Assembly (NCBI GenBank): GCA_040290225.1
Contig: PSMS01000002.1
Coordinates: 1-42,206 of the forward strand
Length of the DNA: 42,206 nucleotides
Source of the DNA: Patescibacteria group bacterium
GTDB taxonomy: Bacteria > Patescibacteriota > Minisyncoccia > UBA6257 > HR35
Direction: 5' to 3'
Numbering within the stretch: position 1 is the stretch's first letter; each line of letters begins with the position of its first letter. The notes below the pieces were generated by a model. The model was not told the origin of the DNA, did not search any database, and saw only the letters and a list, made by a program, of their open reading frames with translations. The position numbers and the translations under genes were made by a program. Positions 1 through 9,390 of the stretch are shown here, one piece after another.

Positions 1-2
1 AA

Positions 3-764
3 AGCTGGGCAATCGGGATCGCTAATTTTATTTTTCTTTTAATAACTTATATCGACACTTTAATTTTAGGTTATTTCAGAAATGTTAAAGAAGTTGGCAT
101 TTATAATTCAGTTGTTAAAATAAATGAAGTTTTATTTGCTATTCCTTTTGCCTTAGCCTCAGCTGCTTTTCCTGCAATTACAAAAAAATTAAAAAATCAA
201 GAAGGGGTTGAAGATGTTTTAGAATTTGGTTTAAAGTTTGCCCTTTTTATTTCTTTACCAATATTTTGGGGTGTCTTTTTTCTTTCAAAAGACTTTATAA
301 ATTTTCTTTACGGAAAAGAATATCTTGATGGTGATTTAGCTTTAAAATTAATAAGCTTTTCAATCCCTTTTAACTTTTTAACCCTAATTTTAATTGATAC
401 TTTAATAGCTTTAGACAAAAGAAAAGAGCTTCTAAAATTTGATTTTCTTACTTTATTGATTAATGTAATTTTGAATATAATTTTTATTCCCTATTTTGGA
501 TTTTTTGCCGCAAGTTTAATAACATCAATTTCTTCATTTATTTTCTTTATTTTTTCCTTTCTCTTAGTAAAAAAATTTATAAAAATTCATTTGACTCATT
601 TAAAAATCCCTAAATATTTGATTATTAGCTTTTTAATAAATTTAATCTTTGTTTTTATTCCTATAAATTTTATTTTAAAAATAATTCTTATTGCTTTAGT
701 TTATTTTGGATTTATGTATTTAATAAAAGAAGAAATAATGATTAGATTTTTAAAAGTTGGTTAA
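3..764 (+). CDS. MOP-superfamily (Wzx/MurJ-like) polysaccharide or lipid-linked oligosaccharide flippase, C-terminal part; 5' end lies outside the window
   Basis: Frame 3 is open from nt 3 (SWAIGIANFIFLLITYIDTLILGYF...) and encodes a multi-TM hydrophobic protein. The track ORF 456..764 is only the part after an internal TTG. Confidence 0.55.
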   Translation, partial: SWAIGIANFIFLLITYIDTLILGYFRNVKEVGIYNSVVKINEVLFAIPFALASAAFPAITKKLKNQEGVEDVLEFGLKFALFISLPIFWGVFFLSKDFINFLYGKEYLDGDLALKLISFSIPFNFLTLILIDTLIALDKRKELLKFDFLTLLINVILNIIFIPYFGFFAASLITSISSFIFFIFSFLLVKKFIKIHLTHLKIPKYLIISFLINLIFVFIPINFILKIILIALVYFGFMYLIKEEIMIRFLKVG

Positions 765-1324
765 ATTTTCTCTAAAATTTCTTTTAAAACTAATTGGGGA
801 TTTTTGTTGGTATCAATAATTGTCCAATTAAATTTTTTAGAATATTTAAGATAATAAAAATGAGACTGTTTTAAAATTTTTTTAGTTTCTAGCTTGTGAG
901 AATCTATTTTTATCCTTTTAAAAATTACTTTTAAAGGAGCGGACAAAACAAAAATTTTATCGGGTTCAAGAAAATCTCTTACCCAAAGATCTATTTCTAA
1001 AAGATTTTTAAGTTTAATAAATTTTTTAAATTTTTTTATTTCGTATTGATAAACAATTGTTGAGGGATATGATCTTTCCAAAATAATATTATTTTTATTT
1101 TTTAGAAGATTTTTTATTTGTTGATAAATTTCCCTTCTTTGAGCCCAAAGCAAAAAAAGTTCTGTAAATGGGTCTATTTTATAATTATTGATGATTTTTC
1201 TTATAAAAGAAAGTGGTCCTTTTAATGGTGGTTCTTTAAAATAATAACCATTTAGTTTTTTAGCTAATTTTTTGGCTATAAGTGTTTTTCCTACCCCGGA
1301 TGTTCCTTCTAATAATATAAACAT
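761..1324 (-). CDS. tmk: thymidylate kinase-like nucleotide kinase
   Basis: N-terminal P-loop FILLEGTSGVGKT, LERSYPSTIVYQ (DRY-like motif) and a lid-like PDKIFVLSAPLKVIFKRIK. The ATG overlaps the rplK stop (TAATG). Confidence 0.6.
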   Translation of the reverse strand: MFILLEGTSGVGKTLIAKKLAKKLNGYYFKEPPLKGPLSFIRKIINNYKIDPFTELFLLWAQRREIYQQIKNLLKNKNNIILERSYPSTIVYQYEIKKFKKFIKLKNLLEIDLWVRDFLEPDKIFVLSAPLKVIFKRIKIDSHKLETKKILKQSHFYYLKYSKKFNWTIIDTNKNPQLVLKEILEKI

Positions 1325-1755
1325 TAATCTTCTACAACAATAACGCCCATACTTTTTGCAACCCCTTCTACTATTTTCATAGCTTTTTCAATATCTTTAG
1401 TATTTAATTCTGATAATTTTTTTTCAGCAATTTCTTTTACTTTTGATTTTGGTAATTTTCCAACTATTTCTCTTCCAGGCTCATGAGCTCCTTTTTCTAT
1501 TTTTAATTCCATTTTTATTAAAGTTGAAATTGGTGGTGTTCCAAGTTTCATTTCATAGCTTCTGTCTTCATAAATAGTAATATAAACAGGAACTTCAATT
1601 CCTTCAAGATCTTTTGTTAATTGATTAAATTTACTGCAAAATTCACCAACATTTATTCCATGAGGAGCAAGAGTTGGTCCTAAAGGAGGAGCCGGAGTTG
1701 CTTTGGCTCCAGGAATAATTAATTTAAGTTTTGTTTTTATCTTTTTCTTTACCAT
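1324..1755 (-). CDS. rplK: 50S ribosomal protein L11
   Basis: PGAKATPAPPLGPTLAPHGINVGEFCSKFN is the L11 signature; 143 aa; sits downstream of nusG. Confidence 0.95.
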   Translation of the reverse strand: MVKKKIKTKLKLIIPGAKATPAPPLGPTLAPHGINVGEFCSKFNQLTKDLEGIEVPVYITIYEDRSYEMKLGTPPISTLIKMELKIEKGAHEPGREIVGKLPKSKVKEIAEKKLSELNTKDIEKAMKIVEGVAKSMGVIVVED

Positions 1756-2300
1756 TAAACTTTTTTTATTTGAAGTAAATCGACCTCAACCGGAGTTTCT
1801 CGACCCATTACTGGAACCAAAACTTTAGCTTTTTGTTTATCAAAATCTATTTCAATTATTTTTCCTTTTAATCCTTTAAATAAACCCTGGATTATCTCAA
1901 CAAGATCTCCTATACTAAAATTAGTTTCAATAACTGGTTCTTGTTGTTGCATTCGTGAAAAAATTTCTTTTATTTCCTCATCACTTATTGATATTGGCGT
2001 TGTTCCAACTCCAATAAAACCTGTTACTTTTGGAGTATTTCTAACAACATACCAAGATCGATCATCAACAATCATATCAACTAAAACATAGCCTGGATAA
2101 ATTTTCTTTTCAACTAACTGTCTTTTTCCATCTTTTATTTCCCAAACTTTTTCTTTAGGAACAATTGCCTGAAAAATTTTATCTTCAAGTCCAAAATCTT
2201 CAGCTCTTTTCATTATTGATTCAGCAACAATTTCTTCAAATCCAACTACTGTATGAATAGCATACCAACCTCTACCTAAGGGTTGGGCCTGTTTTGGCAT
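1755..2300 (-). CDS. nusG: transcription termination/antitermination factor NusG
   Basis: NGN domain (WYAIHTVVGFEE) plus C-terminal KOW (GDLVEIIQGLFKGLKGKIIEID), within secE-nusG-rplK synteny. Confidence 0.93.
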   Translation of the reverse strand: MPKQAQPLGRGWYAIHTVVGFEEIVAESIMKRAEDFGLEDKIFQAIVPKEKVWEIKDGKRQLVEKKIYPGYVLVDMIVDDRSWYVVRNTPKVTGFIGVGTTPISISDEEIKEIFSRMQQQEPVIETNFSIGDLVEIIQGLFKGLKGKIIEIDFDKQKAKVLVPVMGRETPVEVDLLQIKKV

Positions 2301-2302
2301 TT

Positions 2303-2491
2303 TTATTTAATTTTAATAATTAAATAAATCAATAAAGAATCGACCACAGCAAAAAAAATTAAAAAGAAAAGAGAAAAAAGAATAACATTTAATGTTAAAT
2401 CAATAGTTTCTTTTTTAGAAAGCCAATTTATCTTTTTAACCTCAGAAATTGTTTCTTTTAAATATGTTTTTATTTTATCAAAAAAATTCAT
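2303..2491 (-). CDS. secE: preprotein translocase subunit SecE
   Basis: 62 aa with a single C-terminal TM helix, directly upstream of nusG. Confidence 0.8.
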   Translation of the reverse strand: MNFFDKIKTYLKETISEVKKINWLSKKETIDLTLNVILFSLFFLIFFAVVDSLLIYLIIKIK

Positions 2492-5097
2492 TTTTTAAGA
2501 GAAAAAACAAGAGACTCGCCCGCTTTAATATCAATAAACAATTTTTGTCCTGATTTTATTTTTTGAGCCAAAATTTTTTCAGCTAAAGGATTGAGGATAT
2601 ATTTTTGAATTGCTCTTTGAAGTGGTCGAGCCCCATAAAATTGATCAAAGCCCTTTTCAACTAATAATTCCTTAATATTTTCACTAAATTCCACAAAAAT
2701 ATTCTTTTCTTCTAATTTTTGTTTAACTTTATTGAGTTGAAGATCAACAATTTTTTTAAGAACATCTTTAGAAAGAGGTTTAAAAATAATGATATCGTCA
2801 ATTCGATTTAGAAATTCTGGTTTAAAGAAATCTTTTAAACTTGACATTATTTTTTCTTTCAAATCATCCATAGCCTTTTCTTCGGTAGCAAAACCTAAAG
2901 AACCAATTTTTCTAAAGTAATGAGTTCCTATATTTGAAGTCATAATTATAATTGTATTTTTGAAACTTACTGTAAAACCTTTGTTATCTGTCAATCTTCC
3001 ATCATCAAGTATTTGAAGTAAAATATTAAAAACTTCAGGATGGGCTTTTTCAACTTCATCAAATAAAATCAAGCTATAAGGTCGATGTTTAACAGCTTCA
3101 GTTAATTGACCACCCTCTTCATAACCAACATAACCAGGAGGTGAACCAATAAGTTTTGCAACCGAATGTTGTTCCATATATTCTGACATATCAATTCTAA
3201 TCATTGCTTTTTCATCATTAAACATAAATTCAGCTAAAGCTTTAGCTAATTCTGTTTTTCCAACTCCTGTAGGACCTAAAAACAAAAATGAAGCAATAGG
3301 TTTATTTTCATCTTTTAATCCAGCTCGCGCTCTTCTTAAAGCATTAGCTACAGTAACAATAGCTTCTTCTTGACCAATAACTCTTTGGCTTAATATCTCT
3401 TCAGTTTTAAGAAGTTTTTCAGCTTCGCTTTCCATAACTTTTTTAACTGGTATTCCGGTCCAACGAGAAACAACATCAGCTACATCTTCAGCAGTAACAT
3501 AATCTCTAATAAAAGAAAATTTGAATTTTTTAAAAGAATTTTCTAAATCTTTTAATTCTTTTTGAACTTGAGGAATTTCTCCATATAAAATTTCAGCCAC
3601 TCGAGTTAAATCTCCTATTCTTTCAGCATTAGTAGCTTCTAAATTTAAAAGATCTAATTTTCTCTTTAATTCTTGGTATTTATCTTTATATTTTTTTTCA
3701 GTTTGCCATTTATTAAAAAGTTTTTCCTCTTCTTTCTTAAGTTGTTTTATTTTATTCTCTAATTGCTTTATTTTTGTTTTTTGAATTGATCCTTCTCTGA
3801 TTAAAGCTTCTCTTTCAATTTCTAATTTTCTTATTTCTTTTCTTACATCTTCTAATTCTTGGGGCATTGATTCAATATGAATCTTTAAGGTAGCACAGGC
3901 TTCATCTAAAACATCAATTGCTTTATCGGGCAAAAATCGATTAGTAATATATCTATTAGAAAGTTTAACAGCAGCAACAATTGCTTCATCTAAAATTTTC
4001 ACTCCATGGTGAAGTTCGTATTTTTCTCTTAAACCTCTTAAAATAGCTATAGCATCTTCTACTGATGGTTCATTAACTAAAACCGGTTGAAATCTTCGAG
4101 CAAAAGCTGGATCTTTTTCAATATAAAGTTTATAATCTCTAAAAGTTGTGGCTCCAATTATTTGAAAATCTCCACGAGTCAAAACAGGTTTTAATAAATT
4201 AGCCGCATCAATAGCTCCTTCAGCAGCTCCAGCTCCTATTAAATTATGCATCTCATCAACAAAAAGAATAAATTTCCCAGAATTTAATTGAAATTCTCTT
4301 ATGATTGTTTTTAATCTTTCCTCAAACTCTCCTCTAAATTTTGTTCCTGCAATTAAAGCTCCTAAATCTAAAGATAAAATTATTTTATCTTTTAAAGATT
4401 CAGGAACATTTCCACTAACTATTCTTTGAGCTAAACCTTCAACAATAGCTGTTTTCCCTACACCAGCTTCACCAATTAAAACTGGATTATTTTTTGTCCT
4501 TCGAGAAAGAATTTGAATAATTCTTCTTATTTCTGCATCCCTTCCAATAATTGGATCTAGTTTATTTTTCTTAGCTAATTCATTTAAATTAACACTATAT
4601 TTTTCTAGAGCTTTGTATTTGGCCTCAGAACTTTCATCAACAACTTTTTGCCCCTTTCTTAAAGAACTAATAATCGAAATAACTTTGTCAGTTGTTAAAC
4701 CAAATCTTTCTAAAATTAATCTGGCAACTGTCCTTATTTCCGTAAGTGAGATTAAAAGATGTTCAAGAGAAACATATTCGTCTTGCATTTTTTTTGCTAA
4801 ATATGAAGCCCTATCTAAAATCTGTGCTAATTCATTACTAACTAAAGGAGTAGTAAATTCTTCGACAGAAAGAGTTATAGGAATTTTTTCCAAATTGTCT
4901 TCAACAACATTTAAAACTACTTGAGGATTAATTTTAGTTTCTTTAAAAATATCATTGATTAATTCTTCATTTAAAATTAAAATACTCCATAAAAGATGAA
5001 GGGCTTTAATTTCTTGATGATGAAGATCAACAGCTTTTTCCTGAGCTCTAGTCAAAGCTTCTTGGGCTTTTAAGGTAAATTTATTAAATGGAAACAT
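2488..5097 (-). CDS. clpB: ATP-dependent chaperone ClpB
   Basis: Two AAA+ modules (GEAGVGKT and GPTGVGKT) separated by a long coiled-coil middle domain, with a Clp N repeat. The ATG is at 5095-5097; the track start at 5100 is TTG. The stop overlaps the secE ATG (ATGA). Confidence 0.95.
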   Translation of the reverse strand: MFPFNKFTLKAQEALTRAQEKAVDLHHQEIKALHLLWSILILNEELINDIFKETKINPQVVLNVVEDNLEKIPITLSVEEFTTPLVSNELAQILDRASYLAKKMQDEYVSLEHLLISLTEIRTVARLILERFGLTTDKVISIISSLRKGQKVVDESSEAKYKALEKYSVNLNELAKKNKLDPIIGRDAEIRRIIQILSRRTKNNPVLIGEAGVGKTAIVEGLAQRIVSGNVPESLKDKIILSLDLGALIAGTKFRGEFEERLKTIIREFQLNSGKFILFVDEMHNLIGAGAAEGAIDAANLLKPVLTRGDFQIIGATTFRDYKLYIEKDPAFARRFQPVLVNEPSVEDAIAILRGLREKYELHHGVKILDEAIVAAVKLSNRYITNRFLPDKAIDVLDEACATLKIHIESMPQELEDVRKEIRKLEIEREALIREGSIQKTKIKQLENKIKQLKKEEEKLFNKWQTEKKYKDKYQELKRKLDLLNLEATNAERIGDLTRVAEILYGEIPQVQKELKDLENSFKKFKFSFIRDYVTAEDVADVVSRWTGIPVKKVMESEAEKLLKTEEILSQRVIGQEEAIVTVANALRRARAGLKDENKPIASFLFLGPTGVGKTELAKALAEFMFNDEKAMIRIDMSEYMEQHSVAKLIGSPPGYVGYEEGGQLTEAVKHRPYSLILFDEVEKAHPEVFNILLQILDDGRLTDNKGFTVSFKNTIIIMTSNIGTHYFRKIGSLGFATEEKAMDDLKEKIMSSLKDFFKPEFLNRIDDIIIFKPLSKDVLKKIVDLQLNKVKQKLEEKNIFVEFSENIKELLVEKGFDQFYGARPLQRAIQKYILNPLAEKILAQKIKSGQKLFIDIKAGESLVFSLKK

Positions 5098-5105
5098 CAA
5101 TATTT

Positions 5106-5114
5106 ATTATAACA
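5106..5114 (-). promoter_or_regulatory. putative extended -10 promoter TGTTATAAT, 8 nt upstream of the clpB ATG
   Basis: The minus strand reads aaaatatgTTATAATaaatattgATG. The box starts 8 nt after the 3' end of tRNA-Val. Confidence 0.45.
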
Positions 5115-5119
5115 TATTT

Positions 5120-5191
5120 TGGGCGGTGAAGGAATTGAACCTTCGACCTCCTCGCTGTGAACGAGGCGCTCTGCCGCTGAGCTAACCGCCC
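5120..5191 (-). tRNA. tRNA-Val (anticodon CAC), no encoded CCA
   Basis: Hand-folded cloverleaf: GGGCGGT/TA/GCTC-AGCGGCA-GAGC/G/CCTCG-TTCACAG-CGAGG/AGGTC/GAAGG-TTCAATT-CCTTC/ACCGCCC/A. It is a GC-rich island in AT-rich DNA. Confidence 0.9.
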
Positions 5192-5192
5192 T

Positions 5193-5657
5193 TTATTTTT
5201 CATAAAAAACTTCAATTTTTAAATTAGCTTTTATACCATAACCAAGATTTATTGGAATTTCAAACTTACCTTCTTGAGTAATTTTTGATTGAAGTTCAAT
5301 TTGTCCTTTGCTTAAATTTATTCCATTTTCTTTAAGGAATTTCAAAATTTTTTCTCGAGTAAGGGGTGAGACAACTTTTTCTTTTAATTTCTTTAAAGTA
5401 AATCTAAAAACAAGATCTTCAATTTTTCTTTTTAACTCCTCAGCCAATTTTTCTCTTTCTTGAATTTTTGTAGTAAGAAGTAAAGGTTTTAATTCAGTTT
5501 CTAATCTTTCTTTAGTGGCTAAAGTAACCTTTCCTAAGGAAAGTAAATATCGATAATAACCAGGTTTTATTTCAACAACTTCTCCTCTCTGGCCCAAATT
5601 GGGAATATCTTCAAGTAAAAGAACTGGTAATTTTTTTCTTTTTTTTCTTTTAGGCAT
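5193..5657 (-). CDS. rplI: 50S ribosomal protein L9
   Basis: The N-terminal domain LLLEDIPNLGQRGEVVEIKPGYYRYLL matches the L9 pattern; 154 aa. Confidence 0.9.
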   Translation of the reverse strand: MPKRKKRKKLPVLLLEDIPNLGQRGEVVEIKPGYYRYLLSLGKVTLATKERLETELKPLLLTTKIQEREKLAEELKRKIEDLVFRFTLKKLKEKVVSPLTREKILKFLKENGINLSKGQIELQSKITQEGKFEIPINLGYGIKANLKIEVFYEK

Positions 5658-5672
5658 TTTAAATTACAATTT

Positions 5673-6869
5673 TTAATTGACTTGACCTCTTAAAACTTCA
5701 ATAGCTTTTTTAATTACCGGATCATCTAATTCATTTTTTATTTTATCTTTTTCTATTTCTTTAACTTCAATATTCGGCTTAAGACCGTTTCCTTCAATCT
5801 TTTGACCACTTGGAATAATCCAATAAGCAACAGTAAGTTTTACCATTTTACCATCAACTCTAAAAACCTGTTGAACACTTCCTTTTCCATATGATTTTTC
5901 ACCAATAAGTTTAACATTTAAATTATCTCTCAAAGCACCAGCAAAAATTTCTGAAGCTGAAGCTGAACCTTTATTAATTAAAATAACCATTTTTAAATCA
6001 CTTAAAATTCCCGGTCCATTAGAAAAAATTTTTTCTTCTGATTTATCTCTTTTAATTTCTTTTAAAATCAATTTCCCACGTGGTAAGAAAAGCTCAGCCA
6101 TTTCAATAGCTGTATTTAAATAACCACCAGGATTATTTCTTAAATCAATAATCCAATATTTAGCTCCTCTATTTTTAAGTTTTAAGTAGGCTGAATAAAA
6201 TTCAGGATAAGTTTTTAAACTAAAAGAATTTATTTTTATATAACCAATATCTCTTAAAATTAGTTTTGACTTAACTAATGGAATATTAATAATTGTTCGA
6301 GTAATTTCAAAGTCTTTTGGTTCTATCCATTCATCTCGAAAAATAGTTAAAGTAACTTTAGTTCCTGGCTTTCCTCTAATTTTACTTACTGCTTCATCAA
6401 GAGACATATTTTCAGTATTTTCACCATTTATTTTTAATATTCTATCTCCAGGTTTTATACCCGCTTTTTCAGCTGGTGTTCCTTCAAGTGGAGCAATAAC
6501 AGTTAAAACACCGTTTTTAATTCCTATTTCCATTCCAACACCACCAAATGAACCAGATAAATCTTCTTCAAAAATTTTTGATTGATTTTCGTCTAAAATT
6601 TCTGAATAAGGATCATTTAAAGATCTTAAAAGTCCTCGAGCAGCTTCTAAAACAGCTTTTTCTTTATTTACTTTTTCCGGTTCAACAAAATAATTATTAA
6701 TAATCTCCCAGGTGCGATCAAAAAATCTTAAATCGTTATTAGTAAAATAAAGACTTGAAGATGTCTGAGCTGAAAGAAAAAAACTTCTAAATTCGTTAAA
6801 ATTTAAATAAAGGAAAATTAAAAATAAAGGCAGGGCGAAATAAATAAATTTTTTAAAATAATTTTTCAT
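5673..6869 (-). CDS. ctpA: carboxy-terminal processing protease (S41 family) with PDZ domain
   Basis: N-terminal TM/signal, PDZ (GIKPGDRILKINGE) and S41 core (GSASASEIFAGALRD, KSYGKGSVQ). Confidence 0.9.
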   Translation of the reverse strand: MKNYFKKFIYFALPLFLIFLYLNFNEFRSFFLSAQTSSSLYFTNNDLRFFDRTWEIINNYFVEPEKVNKEKAVLEAARGLLRSLNDPYSEILDENQSKIFEEDLSGSFGGVGMEIGIKNGVLTVIAPLEGTPAEKAGIKPGDRILKINGENTENMSLDEAVSKIRGKPGTKVTLTIFRDEWIEPKDFEITRTIINIPLVKSKLILRDIGYIKINSFSLKTYPEFYSAYLKLKNRGAKYWIIDLRNNPGGYLNTAIEMAELFLPRGKLILKEIKRDKSEEKIFSNGPGILSDLKMVILINKGSASASEIFAGALRDNLNVKLIGEKSYGKGSVQQVFRVDGKMVKLTVAYWIIPSGQKIEGNGLKPNIEVKEIEKDKIKNELDDPVIKKAIEVLRGQVN

Positions 6870-7533
6870 GGTTTATTTAAAATTAATAGGAATTGTTTTG
6901 GCTAAAGAAAAAATTAAGGAAAACGACGCTAATGTTTATATTTTAACAAAAAAAGATGGTATTATGAAAATATACGCTAAAGGACTTTTCCAATCAAAAA
7001 GTAAAAATTTATCCCTTATGGAGACAGGAAATTGGCTTCAATTGTATTTGTTTTCTGAAAATGAAAAATTACACCTTATTTCTTCCCTTCCCTTAAAGAC
7101 AAAATATTTATTTTTTGAAAAATACCCCTTAATTTATCTTTCTGTTTTTAAATTAATAAAAAAACTCGAAATTATTGAAACACCAGAATTTTTATGGCAA
7201 GTTTTAGAAAAATTAGATTTTTACATCAGACAAAATCCTGAAAATTTTTTCCATTGGTTTATTTATCATTTTTTAACATCTTTGGGGTACGAACCAGAAA
7301 TAGAAAAATGTTTTAAGTGCAATAAAAAACTTCAAAAAAATATCTTCTTTGATAATAAACTTTTTCTTTATTGTTCTCAGTGTAAAAAAGATGCTTATTT
7401 AAAAATTAAAGAAGATGATTTTAAAAAAGCATTAAAAATAAAAGATGAAAAAAGAGTCCCTAAGTCTTTACCAAAGTTTTTAAAAATTATTTTAAAAAAC
7501 TTCTTAATAAAAACGAAAACTGTGTTAAAATGA
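6868..7533 (+). CDS. recO: DNA repair protein RecO
   Basis: N-terminal OB-fold pattern (GIVLAKEKIKENDANVYILTKKDGIMKIYAKG) and a C-terminal CxxC...CxxC zinc motif (CFKCNKK...CSQCKK). Confidence 0.75.
   Translation: MVYLKLIGIVLAKEKIKENDANVYILTKKDGIMKIYAKGLFQSKSKNLSLMETGNWLQLYLFSENEKLHLISSLPLKTKYLFFEKYPLIYLSVFKLIKKLEIIETPEFLWQVLEKLDFYIRQNPENFFHWFIYHFLTSLGYEPEIEKCFKCNKKLQKNIFFDNKLFLYCSQCKKDAYLKIKEDDFKKALKIKDEKRVPKSLPKFLKIILKNFLIKTKTVLK
7523..7531 (+). promoter_or_regulatory. putative extended -10 (TGTTAAAAT), 8 nt upstream of the ATG at 7540
   Basis: The sequence tgTGTTAAAATgatttaaaATG overlaps the recO stop codon. Confidence 0.35.
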
Positions 7534-7539
7534 TTTAAA

Positions 7540-9384
7540 ATGACCCCCTTAGAGGAATTGGAAGAATATCTTGAAGGAAAAAAAGAAAGAAAAGATGAAT
7601 TTGGTTTACCAATCAAATCAAAAAAGAAAGTTATTTTTGAACCCAAAGAGGAAACGAAAAAATTTTTTATCCCTAAAAAAAGATTTTATTTTAATTTCGA
7701 TAAGTTTTTAAATGCTCTTTTATATCTTTCAGTTTTCATTTTTGCCTTGAGTCTAATTTTCCTTTCTTTTAATTTACTTTTAAAAAGAGAAAAACCTACA
7801 AATATTAAACTTTCAATTTTTGGTCCTTACGAAGTTAATTCTCTTGAAGAATCAATTTATACTCTTTTAATTGAAAATAATTCTAATCTTAATCTTGAAA
7901 ATGTAAGTTTAAGTATTATTCTTAGTGATGGAGGTTACTTTCTTGAAAATAATGAAAAAGAAAAAACAATTAATATAGGAAAACTAAAAGCAAATACAAG
8001 TACAAAAATTAATTTAGGAATTTTGTTTTTAAATGAAGGAAACAAAGAAGAAAAAATAAATGCTGTTTTAAGATACAAAATTGAAAATAAACCTTATTCT
8101 TTCGAAGATAAAAAAATTTTTTCTATTTTAGTAAAAAACCCTCCAATTCAAATATCTCCTGATTTACCTTCAAAAATCTATGTTTTTCAACCTTTTCAAT
8201 CTACTTTCAAAATTATTAATCTTTCAAAAGAAAATTTAGACAATTTAAATGTCAAAATTAATCTTCCCAATTATTTTAATTTAATTTCTTCATTGCCTTC
8301 TGGCGAAAATCTAAATTGGAACTTTTCAAATTTTTATTTAGGAGATAAAAAAACAATTACTCTAATTGGTTATTTTCAAGAAGAAACTCTTTCTCCCTAT
8401 TTTGATGTAGAGGTAAATTTTTCTTGGAAAGGAAAAAGTTTTTCTTTATTCAAAGAATCTTACAAAATCAATCTCTTACCAAGTCCAGTAAAAATTACTG
8501 TTACAACTAATCCCTTAACTGAAAGTGTTAATATAGGAAGTAATATTTATTACTCTATCCAAATTGAAAATAAAAGTAAAATCAATTTAAAAGAAAATTT
8601 AGTTAAGGTTACTTTTAACGATCTTTTTGATATCTCTTCAGTAAAAGTTGACAATGGTTATTTTTCATCTTTAGAAAATGCTGTTTATTTTACTTCACGT
8701 TATGAAGAAAAATTACTTAATTTAAAACCAAATGAAAAAGTTAGTTTAAGATTTAATATTAATCTTATTAAAAGCTATCCGATTTTGGGTGAAAAACAAA
8801 AAGATTTTTTGGCTAAAATAAAAATTGAATTTCGAACTCCAAGTATTCCTCCTGAAATTGAAATCCCCAATCTAACAGAATTTAAAATTAATCTAGAAGA
8901 TGATAAAAAAATTATAGGAAGCTATGAAATTAAAGATTTTCTGGTTTATAAAGACAAAATTTTCGAAAATTATGGACCAATTCCTTTTGTTAATGAAACA
9001 CCAACAACTTTAAGCTGGTATTTAAAAATAAAAACAATCGGAGAAGAATTTGAAAATTTCAGTTTAACAGGCAAACTTCCGCCTTATGTTAATTTAACTG
9101 GTAAAGTTGGAGGTGATGCAATTTTAGATAACCTAAAATTTGATCCAACAACAGGAGAGTTTTCTTATTCAATTAATAATTTAACAGCAAATATGGGTTA
9201 TACAGAACCAGAATTGACTTTAGTTTTTCAAATTGTTGTTAATCCTCCAGCCCAGATTTCTACTTATAATCTTGAGATCTTACCTTTAATTAAATATCAA
9301 ATAACTTCTAAATTTACAAAAATGAATTTTGCTGGCTATGTTGGCGGTCAATCTTCATCTGAAATTATTTCTGAATTAAAATAA
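7540..9384 (+). CDS. hypothetical N-terminally anchored surface protein with about 4-5 repeated beta-sandwich-like modules (CARDB/DUF11/COG1361-like, unverified)
   Basis: A charged cytoplasmic head of about 55 aa, one TM (LLYLSVFIFALSLIFLSFNLLL), then about 530 aa. That region has a recurring I.N.S...L.N(L/V).(V/L) strand pattern roughly every 100-120 aa. Confidence 0.6.
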   Translation: MTPLEELEEYLEGKKERKDEFGLPIKSKKKVIFEPKEETKKFFIPKKRFYFNFDKFLNALLYLSVFIFALSLIFLSFNLLLKREKPTNIKLSIFGPYEVNSLEESIYTLLIENNSNLNLENVSLSIILSDGGYFLENNEKEKTINIGKLKANTSTKINLGILFLNEGNKEEKINAVLRYKIENKPYSFEDKKIFSILVKNPPIQISPDLPSKIYVFQPFQSTFKIINLSKENLDNLNVKINLPNYFNLISSLPSGENLNWNFSNFYLGDKKTITLIGYFQEETLSPYFDVEVNFSWKGKSFSLFKESYKINLLPSPVKITVTTNPLTESVNIGSNIYYSIQIENKSKINLKENLVKVTFNDLFDISSVKVDNGYFSSLENAVYFTSRYEEKLLNLKPNEKVSLRFNINLIKSYPILGEKQKDFLAKIKIEFRTPSIPPEIEIPNLTEFKINLEDDKKIIGSYEIKDFLVYKDKIFENYGPIPFVNETPTTLSWYLKIKTIGEEFENFSLTGKLPPYVNLTGKVGGDAILDNLKFDPTTGEFSYSINNLTANMGYTEPELTLVFQIVVNPPAQISTYNLEILPLIKYQITSKFTKMNFAGYVGGQSSSEIISELK

Positions 9385-9390
9385 AATTAT

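Noticed and set aside
4613-4924. 103-aa + strand ORF antisense to clpB. Similar antisense ORFs occur at 7395..7646, 14874..15110, 18688..18906, 18728..18988, 21427..21618, 26231..26452, 30342..30530 and 35398..35613.
   Set aside because: Each is fully embedded in a well-supported conserved gene on the opposite strand or in another frame. Their translations are low-complexity (Ile/Phe/Lys/Ser-rich) with no recognisable motifs.
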